A DNA stretch of 64,000 nucleotides from Octopus vulgaris (GCA_951406725.2 OX597815.1:90582001-90646000), one strand, 5' to 3'. Counted from the first letter of the stretch, positions 1 through 14,559 are shown. Made by a program: numbers and translations. The notes: generated from the sequence alone by a model not told the origin.

Positions 1-240
1 GAAAATATATTCACAGAGTAATACCGATTTAGCTATGCATACGATTAAATTTCCTATTATATGATACTCTTGTTAATATGTAGTCTCGTTAATAATTCTT
101 GGGTGGAGGAGTATAGTTCGTTTGGGACAAATAAATATCGAAATTAAGTTTCTTTCTCGTCTGTTGTCAAAGATTAGTTTAAATATGCTAATAGATATTT
201 TCACTTATACCCAATTTAAAAGCAAATGCTTGCTTAAGTA

Positions 241-643
241 CATTGTTGTTAACGCAAGGTTTCGACTGATATACCCTCCAACCTTCATCAGGTGTTTCCT
301 AAGGTGTTTTTCGATGTCATTATTATTATTACTATTATTCAGGTCAATGCCCGGAATCGAACTCAGAATCTTGGGGTTAGTACCCCGCGCTCTTAACCAC
401 TACGCCATATGCCCGTGGGCAATTATGAAGTGCATTTTAGGGCTTATAAATCTAATATTTTCCTATCCTTCCTTAATACTGCTTCGCATATGCTATTCAT
501 ATCTGCACTCGGTCTGCTTAGGAGGTTGTTGTGCCCTAACATATGTGCTCCTTCTTTTAGTTTTCGTATTGACAAATATCCATCAAAAGTTATTAATGTA
601 AATAATGTCCATAATTTCTCATCTCTTAAATATAGAACTGTAA
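241..643 (-). mobile_element. Short non-coding element: tRNA-like head, (AAT)n, hammerhead motif, inverted terminal tail (copy 1)
   Basis: The minus strand has an A box TGGCGTAGTGGTT (395-407), a B box GAGTTCGATTCC (353-364), an (AAT)n tract, then CTGATGA...GAAA. Bases 571-640 match the reverse complement of the tail at 61438-61508. An 11-bp direct repeat TTGCTTAAGTA lies at 230-240 and 644-654. Confidence 0.8.
251..296 (-). ncRNA. Minimal type-I hammerhead ribozyme motif (slightly decayed)
   Basis: Minus strand: aacac CTGATGA a ggttg gagggtatat cagtc GAAA cctt gcgtt. Stem I is aacac/gcgtt and stem II is ggttg/cagtc. Confidence 0.65.
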
Positions 644-654
644 TTGCTTAAGTA

Positions 655-3200
<2,546 letters not shown>

Positions 3201-4339
3201 CAGATTGAGGGACATCTTCAAAAGAAATCTTTCCCGGACAAAACCTTAATTTCCATACATAAACCAATACCGCCTCCTTCTTCCATTGCTGAAGATCCCC
3301 TTTTGAATACATACGGCACGCAGTGTCAGATATGGGTCTAATCTAAACTCATTTTAAAAGGGCAAAATCCATATAAATCAAATCTCTATGATATAACGTA
3401 ATCTGCAAAGAAAGAAGAAAAAAAATTAATGCTTGATTTTGCATAAGTATTGAAAACTTACTCTCAAAGTGACCGTGTCAAAAATGAGACAGGATTTTCT
3501 TTTCAATCTAATATATTACAAAATCTCAAGATAAACACATTTTCTTTTGACATAAAAACAGCTTATACAAACAAAATGAATAGGAATTTTTAAAGAAATT
3601 ACTTAATATAAATTTAATATTCTGCAAGAATCCCCAATTTTAATGCAAATGCTATCATTATTAAATAATGTTAAACTAAATGATGGATGCGAAAATCTTT
3701 ACCTTCGTGCAATAAAATATTTAATGGAAATTGTCGTTCATAAAATAGTTCAGAACTTTCAATCTCAGGTAGTGTTCTAAATCATTTTTAAATGCAGTAA
3801 AAAGTAAGAGAAATACAAATTTAAAGAAAAGCATTTTAAAACGTATTCGATACATGTCCAATTATTATTGTCCACCAAAACATTTCGATAAAAACAACAG
3901 GTACAAATTAGCAAAACAGTTACCATGATATAATACAGCAAAGACATCAATATATTTACCACTATAGTCTTTATAATTCTTCTTTATAATTCTTCAAGCA
4001 ATTCAGTATAGATAAATTCTAGTCCTATATTATTTTCTTTGCAATATAAACAAATAAGATTATATAAATTAAAGTCTCAAGTAATATTCCCTTTATCAAA
4101 ATATGTCAGGGTTACGCCTTCAATATATTTAACTATATAAAAATTCAAAGATATTATCAAAACCCTTAACCCAGAATTAAACAAGTATGAATACTACGCT
4201 ATCAACAGGAGTAATAAATTAAGAAAAGTTAACAATGAAACAATGTCATTAAAAACAATGTAAATAAGCTTCTAAATAGAAATATATATATATAACCACT
4301 AAGCCACGTGCCTTCACTATATATATATATATTCAAAAT

Positions 4340-4543
4340 GTGACCGCGTGTGTATCGTTGGCGATTTTTTTCCTCCGTCTTTGCTTCCTTGGATCTTTCC
4401 TTTTCCTATGTTTCTGACGAAGCGCTCCGCTCGAAACGTTAAACCCTCCTTCTTTCCTTCTTTCTGAGCGTCCAATAACACTATACTTGTTCCACGTCCT
4501 CGCGTTGTTGTGTTTTCTCTTTGTGTTTTCATATTTGGATTAG

Positions 4544-4546
<3 letters not shown>
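4340..4546 (+). mobile_element. Short hammerhead-containing element (PLE tail-like), between TA tracts
   Basis: A ~200-bp pyrimidine-rich unit containing a hammerhead core, flanked by (TA)n on both sides. Confidence 0.55.
4410..4444 (+). ncRNA. Minimal type-I hammerhead ribozyme motif
   Basis: gttt CTGACGA a gcgc tcc gctc GAAA cgtt aaac. Stem I is gttt/aaac, stem II is gcgc/gctc (one mismatch), and stem III is the palindrome AACGTT. Confidence 0.75.
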
Positions 4547-4590
<44 letters not shown>

Positions 4591-4592
<2 letters not shown>

Positions 4593-4845
4593 GTCGTGAG
4601 TTCAAATCCCGGCGACGCGTTGTGTCCATGAGCAAGACACTTTATTTCCCGTTGCTCCAGTCCACTCAGCTGGCAAAAATGACTTGTACCTGTATTTCAA
4701 AGGGCCGGCCTTGTCACACTCTGTATCACGCTGAATCTCCCTGAGAACTACGTTAGGGGTACGCGTGTCTTCGGAGTGCTCAGCCACGAGCAAACTGTTC
4801 TGTTGATTGTACCAACTGGTACCCTCGTAACCGATGGAGTACTCC
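4591..4845 (+). mobile_element. tRNA-derived SINE with CORE-like domain, 5' truncated
   Basis: B box GAGTTCAAATCC followed by GTGTCCATGAGCAAGACACTTTATTTC, which is CORE-like. Confidence 0.75.
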
Positions 4846-4916
4846 TTTATATGTATATAGAGTATTTAATTTCTAAGCATGTTACTTCTATATATGAATA
4901 TATATATACATATAAA

Positions 4917-5250
4917 CTCGACTCCGTCGGTCACGAATGACCATATGTGCACCTAAGAGATTCCCCACCGGGGTACATGTCTCGGTGGAAAGTCGCCTCA
5001 CCGGCGAACGGACAGCCTAGGAATGTTTTTATGGAAACCCAGCAGTCACCCGTGCATACCAGCCTCTCCTCTCCAACGGCCGATACATCTTAGCACCAGT
5101 GACGTCGCAAATTCTGTCTACGTCTGAGTGAACTGGAACAACGTAAAATAAAGTGTCTTGTTGAAGAACACAACATGCATCTCGGCCCCTGAATCAAACT
5201 CACAACCTCACGATTGTAAACTCGATGCTCTAACCACTGAGCAATGCGCC
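4917..5250 (-). mobile_element. tRNA-derived SINE with CORE-like domain
   Basis: Minus strand GGCGCATTGCTCAGTGGTTAGAGC (A box) ... GAGTTTGATTC (B box) ... GTGTTCTTCAACAAGACACTTTATTT. Confidence 0.75.
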
Positions 5251-5263
5251 TATATATAGGTAT

Positions 5264-5363
5264 TAAGGGTAAAAATTATTATTAAAAATAACAATATATA
5301 CTAGTTGCCAGCATGCTAGCCACTGGTATAAATTGTTATTTTTAATAATAATTTTTACCCTTA
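5264..5363. repeat. 100-bp fold-back palindrome
   Basis: TAAGGGTAAAAATTATTATTAAAAATAACAAT and its exact reverse complement form 32-bp arms around a near-palindromic centre. Confidence 0.9.
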
Positions 5364-5558
5364 CTCTTTTACTCTTTTACTTGTTTCAGTCATTTGACTG
5401 CTGCCATGCTGGAGCACCGCCTCTAGTCGAGCAACTCGACTCCGGGACTTATTCTTTGTAAGCCCAGTACTTATCCTATCGGTCTCTTTTGCCGAACCGC
5501 TAAGTGACGGGGACATAAACACACCAGCATCGGTTGTCAAGCAATGCTAGGGGGACAA

Positions 5559-5627
<69 letters not shown>

Positions 5628-5752
5628 CGACGGGCTTCTTTCAGTTTCCGTCTACCAAATCCACTCACAAGGCTTTGGTCGGCCCGAATCTATAGTAGAA
5701 GACACTTGCCCAAGGTGCCACGCAGTGGGACTGAACCCGGAACCATGTGGTT
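5361..5752 (-). mobile_element. tRNA-derived SINE family A (internal TA/CA microsatellite)
   Basis: Near-identical to the copies at 31384, 42851 and 43680. B box GGTTCAGTCCC on the minus strand; tail (GTAAAAGA)n. Confidence 0.9.
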
Positions 5753-5899
5753 CCCTTGATACTTATATTTTTAAATATTCTAGTTCTCGAGTCCAGTAAT
5801 TCACTGCTGAATTTTTTTCTCTGCTGATTTATTCTGGCTTGACGTGCTGGTTGAAGACATTTGAATCGGTTGAAGACATTCGAATTTAACGGTGCATTG

Positions 5900-6215
5900 G
5901 ATGTATTCGTGCAAGACACTATGAAATGGTATAAACGACAGGTCATTTCCGTACTTCGAAGTTTCACCATTAATAATTAAACAATTATACGCGGATCTTC
6001 AGTGGAATCCGCTGGGGACACATACACAGTATACGTACGTTTGTCTTTTCATGGAGATGGTACGTATTCGAGTTTTATTATTAGTTGTCCCCAGCGGATT
6101 CCAGTGAAGATTCAGAAGATCCAGAGTGAATTGTTTAATTAGTAATGTTGAAACTTCGAAGTATGGAATTGACTGGTCCTTTTATACTTTTCATAATGTC
6201 TTGCACGAGTTCATC
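5900..6215. mobile_element. MITE-like palindromic element, ~120-bp imperfect inverted arms
   Basis: TCGTGCAAGACACTATGAAA...GGAATCCGCTGGGGACA versus TGTCCCCAGCGGATTCC...TTTCATAATGTCTTGCACGA. Confidence 0.8.
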
Positions 6216-6304
6216 ATTAAATGAGAATGCATTTTTCGTGGTTAGACGATTTGGCGTCTAATTTCAGCATGTAAGGAAACCACTTTGTGGCTTTCCTCTT
6301 ATCT

Positions 6305-6369
<65 letters not shown>

Positions 6370-6758
6370 ACACGCAAAATATGAGGGTTTAGTTTACAGG
6401 CGATCTAAGCGAATAGGTGTGCTGTGTAAGGGCTGTAACGGATTACCAGGGCTCCAGGCTCGTAACTGAGACGGGAGTTAAGAAACCATTTAAGATTTCC
6501 GATATAGCGGATATATATTTGTTAAAGAGGCCAGCAAATGCTAAGGCATGACAAACCTTTCAAGACATATACATTATTATTAATAAAAATGTTAAGCCTT
6601 GCAGGTGTCTCTGGGATATCTCAAAACATTGGGCATCCCGTCATCGGAGACAAATAGGGAAAATGTGAAAGTTATAGATTAAGGAAATAAGGAATAGAGA
6701 AATAAGGAAATGAAGATAAAATAAAAATTATAAGTTCACAGATGAACTTTCCAATACT

Positions 6759-6971
6759 GTAGATTCTAGTCCATAAGTCTTTAGGTACTATCCTCGGTAG
6801 ATCCAGGTATGATTAGAGTTTTCCCAGTAGAAATATCCAGAGAGTATCGCGACCATATTGATGGTTTGTATTGATGGTCGCGATACTCCCTGGATACTTA
6901 TACTGTGTAAACACTATTCATACCTGGATTTACTTAGGATAGTACCTAAAGGCTTATGGAATAGTACCTAC
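6759..6971. mobile_element. MITE-like palindromic element, ~95-bp arms with a short loop
   Basis: TCCATAAGTCTTTAGGTACTATCCT...GAGTATCGCGACCAT versus ATGGTCGCGATACTC...AGGATAGTACCTAAAGGCTTATGGA. Confidence 0.8.
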
Positions 6972-6973
6972 AC

Positions 6974-7247
6974 CACCGTTTCTCAATCGAGGTTCCCTGG
7001 AACCCTAGATTTCCGCAAAAGTTTCCTAGGGGTTCCGCGAAAAATAGTAAGATAAGCGAATGCTAATTTCATGATTGTAATATTACTATACATGCACCAC
7101 ATATTATTGATTATTGTAATATTGTAATATAGACATCATCCTATCTAACCTATTATGTTATTTTAAAAATATAACAACCATTGGGGATAATTTATTGATG
7201 TCTATAATTTATGAACACCCTATGTTTATATATATATATATATATGT

Positions 7248-7312
<65 letters not shown>

Positions 7313-7796
7313 TTTATACATATATATATATATATATAACTTAAGAAATGTAGTTAAACGCAGGTGTTATTCAAATCTTTATACTTCCTACATATGTTTC
7401 GAAGAAAACATTCGTATTATTCCTGAGGGAATTAACTGATGAAAAACAATGTAACCATCTAACCAGGCAAAAAAAAAAGAGAAACAAAACACGTCAATTT
7501 AACCGAATGGGATTATTGCGTATATGATGTAGGGAACGCTGGCAAGTTATTTTTTTTAAAAACCGCTAACAGATTTAATACCAAATGCAATTTAGAGAAA
7601 GAGAAAGAGGAGAAACAAAGAAATTAACAGAAAATTAAAAGTGGGGACATATAGTGCGATAGATCAGTAGAAATAAAGCTTAAAGTCGTTACGATTTTTA
7701 AAGAATTTGAAAAGAAGGTGGCATATTGTAGGGGTTCCTTGAGACATGTAATATATTTTAAGGGTTACGCAAGGTTAAAAAGTTTGAGAGACACTG
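6974..7796. mobile_element. Non-autonomous hAT (Charlie-like) DNA transposon
   Basis: TIR-like ends CACCGTTTCTCAA / TTGAGAGACACTG, subterminal GGGGTTCC motifs, and 8-bp flanks ACCTACAC / ATCTACAC (7 of 8 match). Confidence 0.7.
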
Positions 7797-7851
7797 ATCT
7801 ACACTATCGGAAAATTGTATATATACATATATATACATGTATGTACGTATG

Positions 7852-7887
<36 letters not shown>

Positions 7888-7928
7888 TATATGCGCATGT
7901 AGGTACACATCAGTAACCATTATTAACC

Positions 7929-8069
<141 letters not shown>

Positions 8070-8106
8070 AAAAAAGGTTTGAAAATGCAATTTAAACGAT
8101 GTTTAT

Positions 8107-8151
8107 TTACTTAACCGGTTTCACTCTTTGGTAAATGATTGTCAAAAGTAA
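8107..8151 (-). ncRNA. Hammerhead-like motif, U3-A8 variant (left inverted arm)
   Basis: Reverse complement of 12278-12322. Confidence 0.55.
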
Positions 8152-8179
8152 CATTTAAGGAAACATTGAATAATATGGG

Positions 8180-8305
8180 TTCAAAAAAAGTTTTTTACAT
8201 AACTGTCACATTGAATATTATGCATTCAAAAAAGTTTTTTACATAATTGTCACATTGGATATTATGAATTCAAAAATGTTTTTTATACATAATTGTCACA
8301 TTACA
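8180..8305. repeat. ~41-bp tandem repeat (3 copies) inside the PLE tail, mirrored at ~12135-12258
   Basis: TTCAAAAAAGTTTTTTACATAATTGTCACATTG repeated. Confidence 0.85.
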
Positions 8306-9167
8306 TGTATAAATATAGTGTTTGGTAACAGAGAAGTTCAATAGTGTGATGAGAATATTTGGGAAAATTTGGCAGAAAAGGATAAAACAAATATATTATT
8401 GGGAATTGGTTGCGTTAATTATTGGTTGTCGCAAATTGTCACATTACATGTATATATATACAGTCTTTGGTATATATATACAGCCTTTTGACAGCAAAAA
8501 TTAAAATGGATTTTTTATACATCTCAGGATATTTTAAGTTCAAGGCGAGAATATGTTTTTACTGACCTGTCGGTATTAGCAGAAAGGCTGAACTGAGAGA
8601 AAAGAAGAAGTAGCCAATGTGGTGTATACTTCCCCTTTATGCATGAATGATTTTGGGGTTATCAGGAGGTTAGTATGCGGGTGTGAATAGATGTGTCCGT
8701 GCCTGCTGGTCAGATAGCGTCTGTTTGTCACACACATATATATATACACACACACACACACACAACAACACACACACACATAGTATACAAACACACACCA
8801 CATACAAACAACACACACACACACACACAGAACACACACACCCACACACAACGCACCCACATATATCACATATACACACAGCACACAAATATAACATGTA
8901 TCTATATATAATATACACAGATATATAACACACATATACACACACAACACACACACATACACACACACACACACAACACACGCACACATACATACATAAT
9001 ATAAATATCACACAAATACACCTAGCATATATATACACATACAATACACACATACAGCATGTAAATAATACACATACACAATATATGCATGCAATATACA
9101 TACGCAATACATACATATAATATATATATATATATAGACAATGCATATACATATATACATATATACA

Positions 9168-10174
9168 CAAACTTCCAAAACCTTATCAACAGTGTAAATA
9201 ACAACATTCAATTCACAATGGAATATAGTCAGGACCAACTCCCTTTTCTTGACATCCTAATCATTAAAAAAGGCGTCAACATTGAAACTGACATCCATTA
9301 CAAACCCATTGACTCTAAACAATACCTTCTATTCACCTCCAATCACCCAAAACACACAAAGACAAATATCCCCTTCAACCTAGCGAGAAGAATCTGCACT
9401 ATTGTCTCAAATGACACAACACGAAATAGAAGACTCCGGGAACTAAGGGCAATTCTTCTCGAAAGACATTACCCGGCATCACTAGTAGACAACGGAATAG
9501 AACGGGCCAAATCAATCAACATTCAAGACCTTCGAAAACCCAAACACATCCACAGTACAGTAAATAGCCTCCCCTATCTCTCAACACACAACCCAAGGAA
9601 TGCAGAAGCTTACACTATTATATACAACAACATTCCACAACTAAATCAAGACCCACGCCTGAAAAAAATACTGGCAGCTCATAAAATAATAAAAAGTAAG
9701 AGACAACCTAAATCCCTAAAAAACCTCCTCACCAACGCAAAATTACACAACACAAACCCACCGCCCACCATCAAAAAATGTGGTCGCCCCAACTGCAAGA
9801 CCTGCATCTACCTCATTGAGGGATCGTCGTACAAGTTCCACTCGGGACACACATTCATCATAAAAAATAATTTCACGTGCGCATCAAAAAATTTACTCTA
9901 CGTCATAAGGTGTGAAGGATGCCACGAAGACTACATAGGGCAAACGAGCCTTACCCTCAGAGAAAGAATGACAGTTCACCGACAACAACTGAGGGACCCC
10001 TCCACAAGACAGATACCACTGAGTGGACACTTAGACCTTTGTGCACACAATAAGTCCCCCAAATTCTTAGTCTTCCCACTATACCAATGATCGGACAACA
10101 CCACAGACCAAACACGAATAAATAAGGAAATTAATCTTATTCAAAAATACAGACCACAACTAAACATACTCTAA
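9168..10174 (+). pseudogene. PLE polyprotein C-terminal part: RT thumb, Cys-rich linker, GIY-YIG endonuclease (one in-frame TGA at 10088-10090)
   Basis: IQFTME..LPFLD, TDIHYKP..QYL.F.S.HP, CGRPNCKTC, NLLYVIRCEGCHEDYIGQT...RERM..H. After the TGA the frame continues SDNTTDQTRINKEINLIQKYRPQLNIL*. Confidence 0.92.
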
Positions 10175-10329
10175 CATACCCCCTGGAAACACATCCAGAG
10201 CAAGCACGCAGGGACGCGCGCACGCTCACAGCATATCGTGCGGGTGGGCACATGCGCGCATCGGCACGCACAGGACACACTAGCGGGCATTGACCGCACA
10301 CATACGTGGCATGCACACGCATGCATTAT

Positions 10330-10629
10330 ATATATGTAGGTGATGTATGTGTGTGAGTGTTGTGTGTGTGTGTGTATGTGTGCGTGTGTGTGTGTGTGTG
10401 TGCACGTTGTGTGTGCGCGGGTGTATTTATATATGTGTGTGTGTGTGTGCACTGTGTGCGTGTGTGTGTATATGTGTGTGTGCGCGCGCGTTGTGTGTGT
10501 GTGTGTGTGCACGTGTGTATATATGTGTGTGTGTGTGTGCACTGTGTGCGGGTGTGTGTGTATGTGTGTGTGTGTGTGTGTGTGAGAGCATTGTGTACGT
10601 GTGTATGTATTTACATGTGTATTTGTTTT

Positions 10630-10666
<37 letters not shown>

Positions 10667-11462
10667 TGTGTGTGTATATGCATGGTATGTGTGTATATGT
10701 TAGTACTTTGTTTGTGTGTGTGTGCGGTATGTAGATATATATTTGAGTGTGTACGCTACAGGTTTGTAATTTGTGTGTGTGGGGGGGTGAATTTTATATA
10801 TATATATATGTGTGTGTATGTGTGTGAAAAAATATATGTATGTGCATGTATGTATGTGTGTATGTGTGTATATATGTATATATATGTATATATATATGTG
10901 TGTGTGTATGTGTGTGTGTGTATATTTATTTGCATGTTTATGTGTGTATAAACATGTACATTATTTGCATGCGCATTGTGTATATGTATATTGTATGTAT
11001 GTGTATTGGATATGTATGTGTACAATTAAGTGTATATATGTGTGTGTATGTGTGCATTGTATATATGTATATTGTAGGTGTGCTATATATGCATGAATAC
11101 ATGTATATGCATTGCGTGTATATATATGTATGCATTGTGTATGTATGTTATGTGCGTGTGTGTGTATATATATATTATATGTGTGCGTACGTGTATGTGT
11201 ATGCATTGTATGTATGTGTGTTGTGTGTATATGTGGTACATCTATGTATGTGTATGTAAACACTATTTATATGTATATATGTATATATGTATATGCATTG
11301 TCTATATATATATATATATTATATGTATGTATTGCGTATGTATATTGCATGCATATATTGTGTATGTGTATTATTTACATGCTGTATGTATGTATTGTAT
11401 GTGTATATATATGCTAGGTGTATTTGTGTGATATTTACATTATGTATGTATGTGTGCGTGTG

Positions 11463-11493
<31 letters not shown>

Positions 11494-11708
11494 GTGTGTG
11501 TATATGTGTGTTATATATCTGTGTATATTATATATAGATACATGTTATATTTGTGTGCTGTGTGTATATGTGATATATGTGGGTGCGTTGTGTGTGGGTG
11601 TGTGTGTTCTGTGTGTGTGTGTGTGTTGTTTGTATGTGGTGTGTGTTTGTATACTATGTGTGTGTGTGTTGTTGTGTGTGTGTGTGTGTATATATATATA
11701 TGTGTGTG
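10330..11708. repeat. Cryptic (TG)/(TA) microsatellite in the PLE 3' UTR
   Basis: ~1.4 kb of degenerate TG/TA repeat, part of it copied into the inverted arm (8728-9167). Confidence 0.95.
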
Positions 11709-12277
11709 ACAAACAGACGCTATCTGACCAGCAGGCACGGACACATCTATTCACACCCGCATACTAACCTCCTGATAACCCCAAAATCATTCATGCATAA
11801 AGGGGAAGTATACACCACATTGGCTACTTCTTCTTTTCTCTCAGTTCAGCCTTTCTGCTAATACCGACAGGTCAGTAAAAACATATTCTCGCCTTGAACT
11901 TAAAATATTCTGAGATGTATAAAAAATCCATTTTAATTTTTGCTGTCAAAAGGCTGTATATATATACCAAAGACTGTATATATATACATGTAATGTGACA
12001 ATTTGCGACAACCAATAATTAACGCAACCAATTCCCAATAATATATTTGTTTTATCCTTTTCTGCCAAATTTTCCCAAATATTCTCATCACACTATTGAA
12101 CTTCTCTGTTACCAAACACTATATTTATACATGTAATGTGACAATTATGTATAAAAAACATTTTGGAATTCATAATATCCAATGTGACAATTATGTAAAA
12201 AACTTTTTTGAATGCATAATATTCAATGTGACAATTATGTAAAAAACTTTTTTTGAACCCATATGTTTCCTTAAATG

Positions 12278-12322
12278 TTACTTTTGACAATCATTTACCA
12301 AAGAGTGAAACCGGTTAAGTAA
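12278..12322 (+). ncRNA. Hammerhead-like motif, U3-A8 variant, at the PLE 3' end
   Basis: ttactt TTGACAA tcatttaccaaagagt GAAA ccggtt aagtaa. Stem I is a perfect 6 bp, stem III is palindromic (AACCGGTT), and stem II is imperfect. Confidence 0.55.
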
Positions 12323-12397
12323 ATAAACATCGTTTAAATTGCATTTTCAAACCTTTTTTCTTATATAATCCCACTCGTGCGATACCCCACAACTCAA

Positions 12398-12451
<54 letters not shown>

Positions 12452-12527
12452 GAAATCTATGCGAATTTCTCTCTGTGCAAATATCTACATTCGTATGTAC
12501 AGACATACAGTGTAGTGATGTATGTAA

Positions 12528-12725
12528 GGTAGTGAGCTGGCAGAAACTTTAGCCGGTTTAGTGGCATTTTGTTCGTTTTCACGTTCTGAGTTAAAATTCC
12601 ACCTAAGTTGAATTTGCTTTTCATCCTTTCGGGGTCGACAAAATCAGTACCAGTTGAGTACTGGAGTCGATGTAATCGACTTACCCTCTCCCTTAAATTG
12701 CTGGCCTTGTGCCTAGATTTGAAGC
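12528..12725 (+). mobile_element. tRNA-derived SINE family B
   Basis: GAGCTGGCAGAA...CGTTCTGAGTTAAAATTCC...TTTCATCCTTTCGGGGTCGA, shared with the copies at 27530, 31850, 51240, 52198 and 60600. Confidence 0.85.
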
Positions 12726-14559
12726 CAATGCTTACAAACTTTATCATAAACAAGGGACTACTCAACTCTTTCATTATTAACTATAGATTGTCTCGAGAAA
12801 CCCGCCATATGATGAGTCAACTTGAAACTATACTTTTAGGACAACAGCTAGCATCAGGAAATATGGCATGCATGCACGCGAACTTTCATCAAAGTTCTTC
12901 ATTCTAATACAAAATTATGAAATGAATGCTAATTTTCTCAGAAAAACATTTATTATGTTCAAATAAAATTTTATAAATTTATGTTAAAATAAAACTTAAT
13001 AAATTTCTCATTTGTATAACTCCTCCCCAAACTACTTTACTCATTTCATCCAGTCTCAATCACATATACACAGCTGCAGGATCTGGGCACTGACTAGACC
13101 GATGGTAAAATAAAATCGTTCACTCTGAAAGGATTGTTTATTTTACAATTGTTTTAGTTATTAGAATGCAGCTATGCTGAGGTCCCGTCATGCAATCAAG
13201 ATCCTTCTTCTCCCCTTACTCCTCATCCATGCCCTGACAACTCTCTTTCTCTTTCTCTCTCTCACTCTTATTCTCTCTCCTCCTCATTCCCTCTCACAGT
13301 TATTGTGTATAGCGTTCCCTTGTTTAATGCCTGCCAACGAGCGTCGTATGTGCACTCATATTGTTTCTCTTAATTTAACATCCACTATATCACTTTTATT
13401 CTCTCTTCTCTTTTTATACGATTTGAAGTTGGAAACATCAGAGAACCAACCGGCCTTCAAGCATTCTGATTATTATTATATAGACATTCTCCTTGCTAAT
13501 GAACAATTATCCAGTTCTTTGTCTTAGACTTATCACAATTCTTTTGAGAACTCAAAGAATGCAAAAAGAATACACGGTATTTTCTAAATTTTCTAAATTT
13601 CTCTATACTAAACTTGATTTCTTTGTTCAAGTACTCTTATGAACTCTACAAATTTGCCTCAGCTGTTTAATGAAGCATTTTGCACAATCTTAAAATCTTT
13701 TCTGTTAATGTGAATACCAAGAATTTCATTTTCACATGAAGGGCAGCTTTTTTTTTTGTTTTTCTTTTGCATCCACTAGTTTCCCCTCTAACCTGTCAGG
13801 GAAACTTATCAGTAGAATCTCCTGCAGATTTAATTTTCTATATTTGGTTACTGTCCAAAATTAGAGAAGCTTTTAGAAATAAGTCTACACTTAAAATACT
13901 TTTCAATTTATGTCTGTAGATTTGCTGATTTTTCAAGGCAGCCAAGAGCTATTTATGGAAATACTAGATTGTTAATTAGATTGAAGTGTAGTTGTGCTTG
14001 AATTGTCTATGAAAAGATCAGCCATTTATTGATATTTTAGAAATAGAGCCCATATTAGATGTGTTATATCCGGTGTTCTGTGTCCGGATTCAGTGAACAC
14101 GATACAAGAATAATTCTAAAGAGACTATGTGAAATTAACCTAAACTTTGAAAAGAGAAAAGACGAAACATCTCGAAAGTTAAAATCATCACCAAACAGTT
14201 TGAAGATTTTCCTATAAATTGCAAAAGCATGTATAGCTAACAGTCACATTGACCCCACCCAGCCATTTTTCAATTGGAAAATATAACGATTTAGTTATTG
14301 TAAATCGCATTTCGTAGCGGCCTTTTATGTAATGGTAAGTGTTAGACCGTGTCTAATCTTTTGTCATTTACTATTGAGAATATATACAATATATATATAC
14401 ATATCTGTACATACAGGCACATATATATACATATATGCATACAATACGTATGTATATATATATGTATAATGTGTGGGGGGAGGGTGCAAATATAAATGCG
14501 TGCGCGCGCAGTGTGTGTGTGTGCCTGTGTGTGTATGTACTACTTTTCTATATGCCTTC

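Noticed and set aside
340-416. tRNA gene (ACT anticodon-like loop on the minus strand; also 21370-21444)
   Set aside because: No convincing acceptor stem, a repeated context and direct fusion to (AAT)n indicate a SINE-type head rather than a tRNA gene.
8180-8305. CRISPR-like repeat array
   Set aside because: Contiguous tandem repeats with no unique spacers, a eukaryotic context and no cas genes.
8322-8504. Identical 60-aa ORF present twice (also 11933-12115)
   Set aside because: The identity comes from the inverted arms, and the ORF is antisense to the PLE tail with no recognisable motif.
10171-11861. Numerous overlapping ORFs rich in C/V/Y/I/H/T
   Set aside because: These are translations of TG/TA microsatellite, which lacks stop codons.
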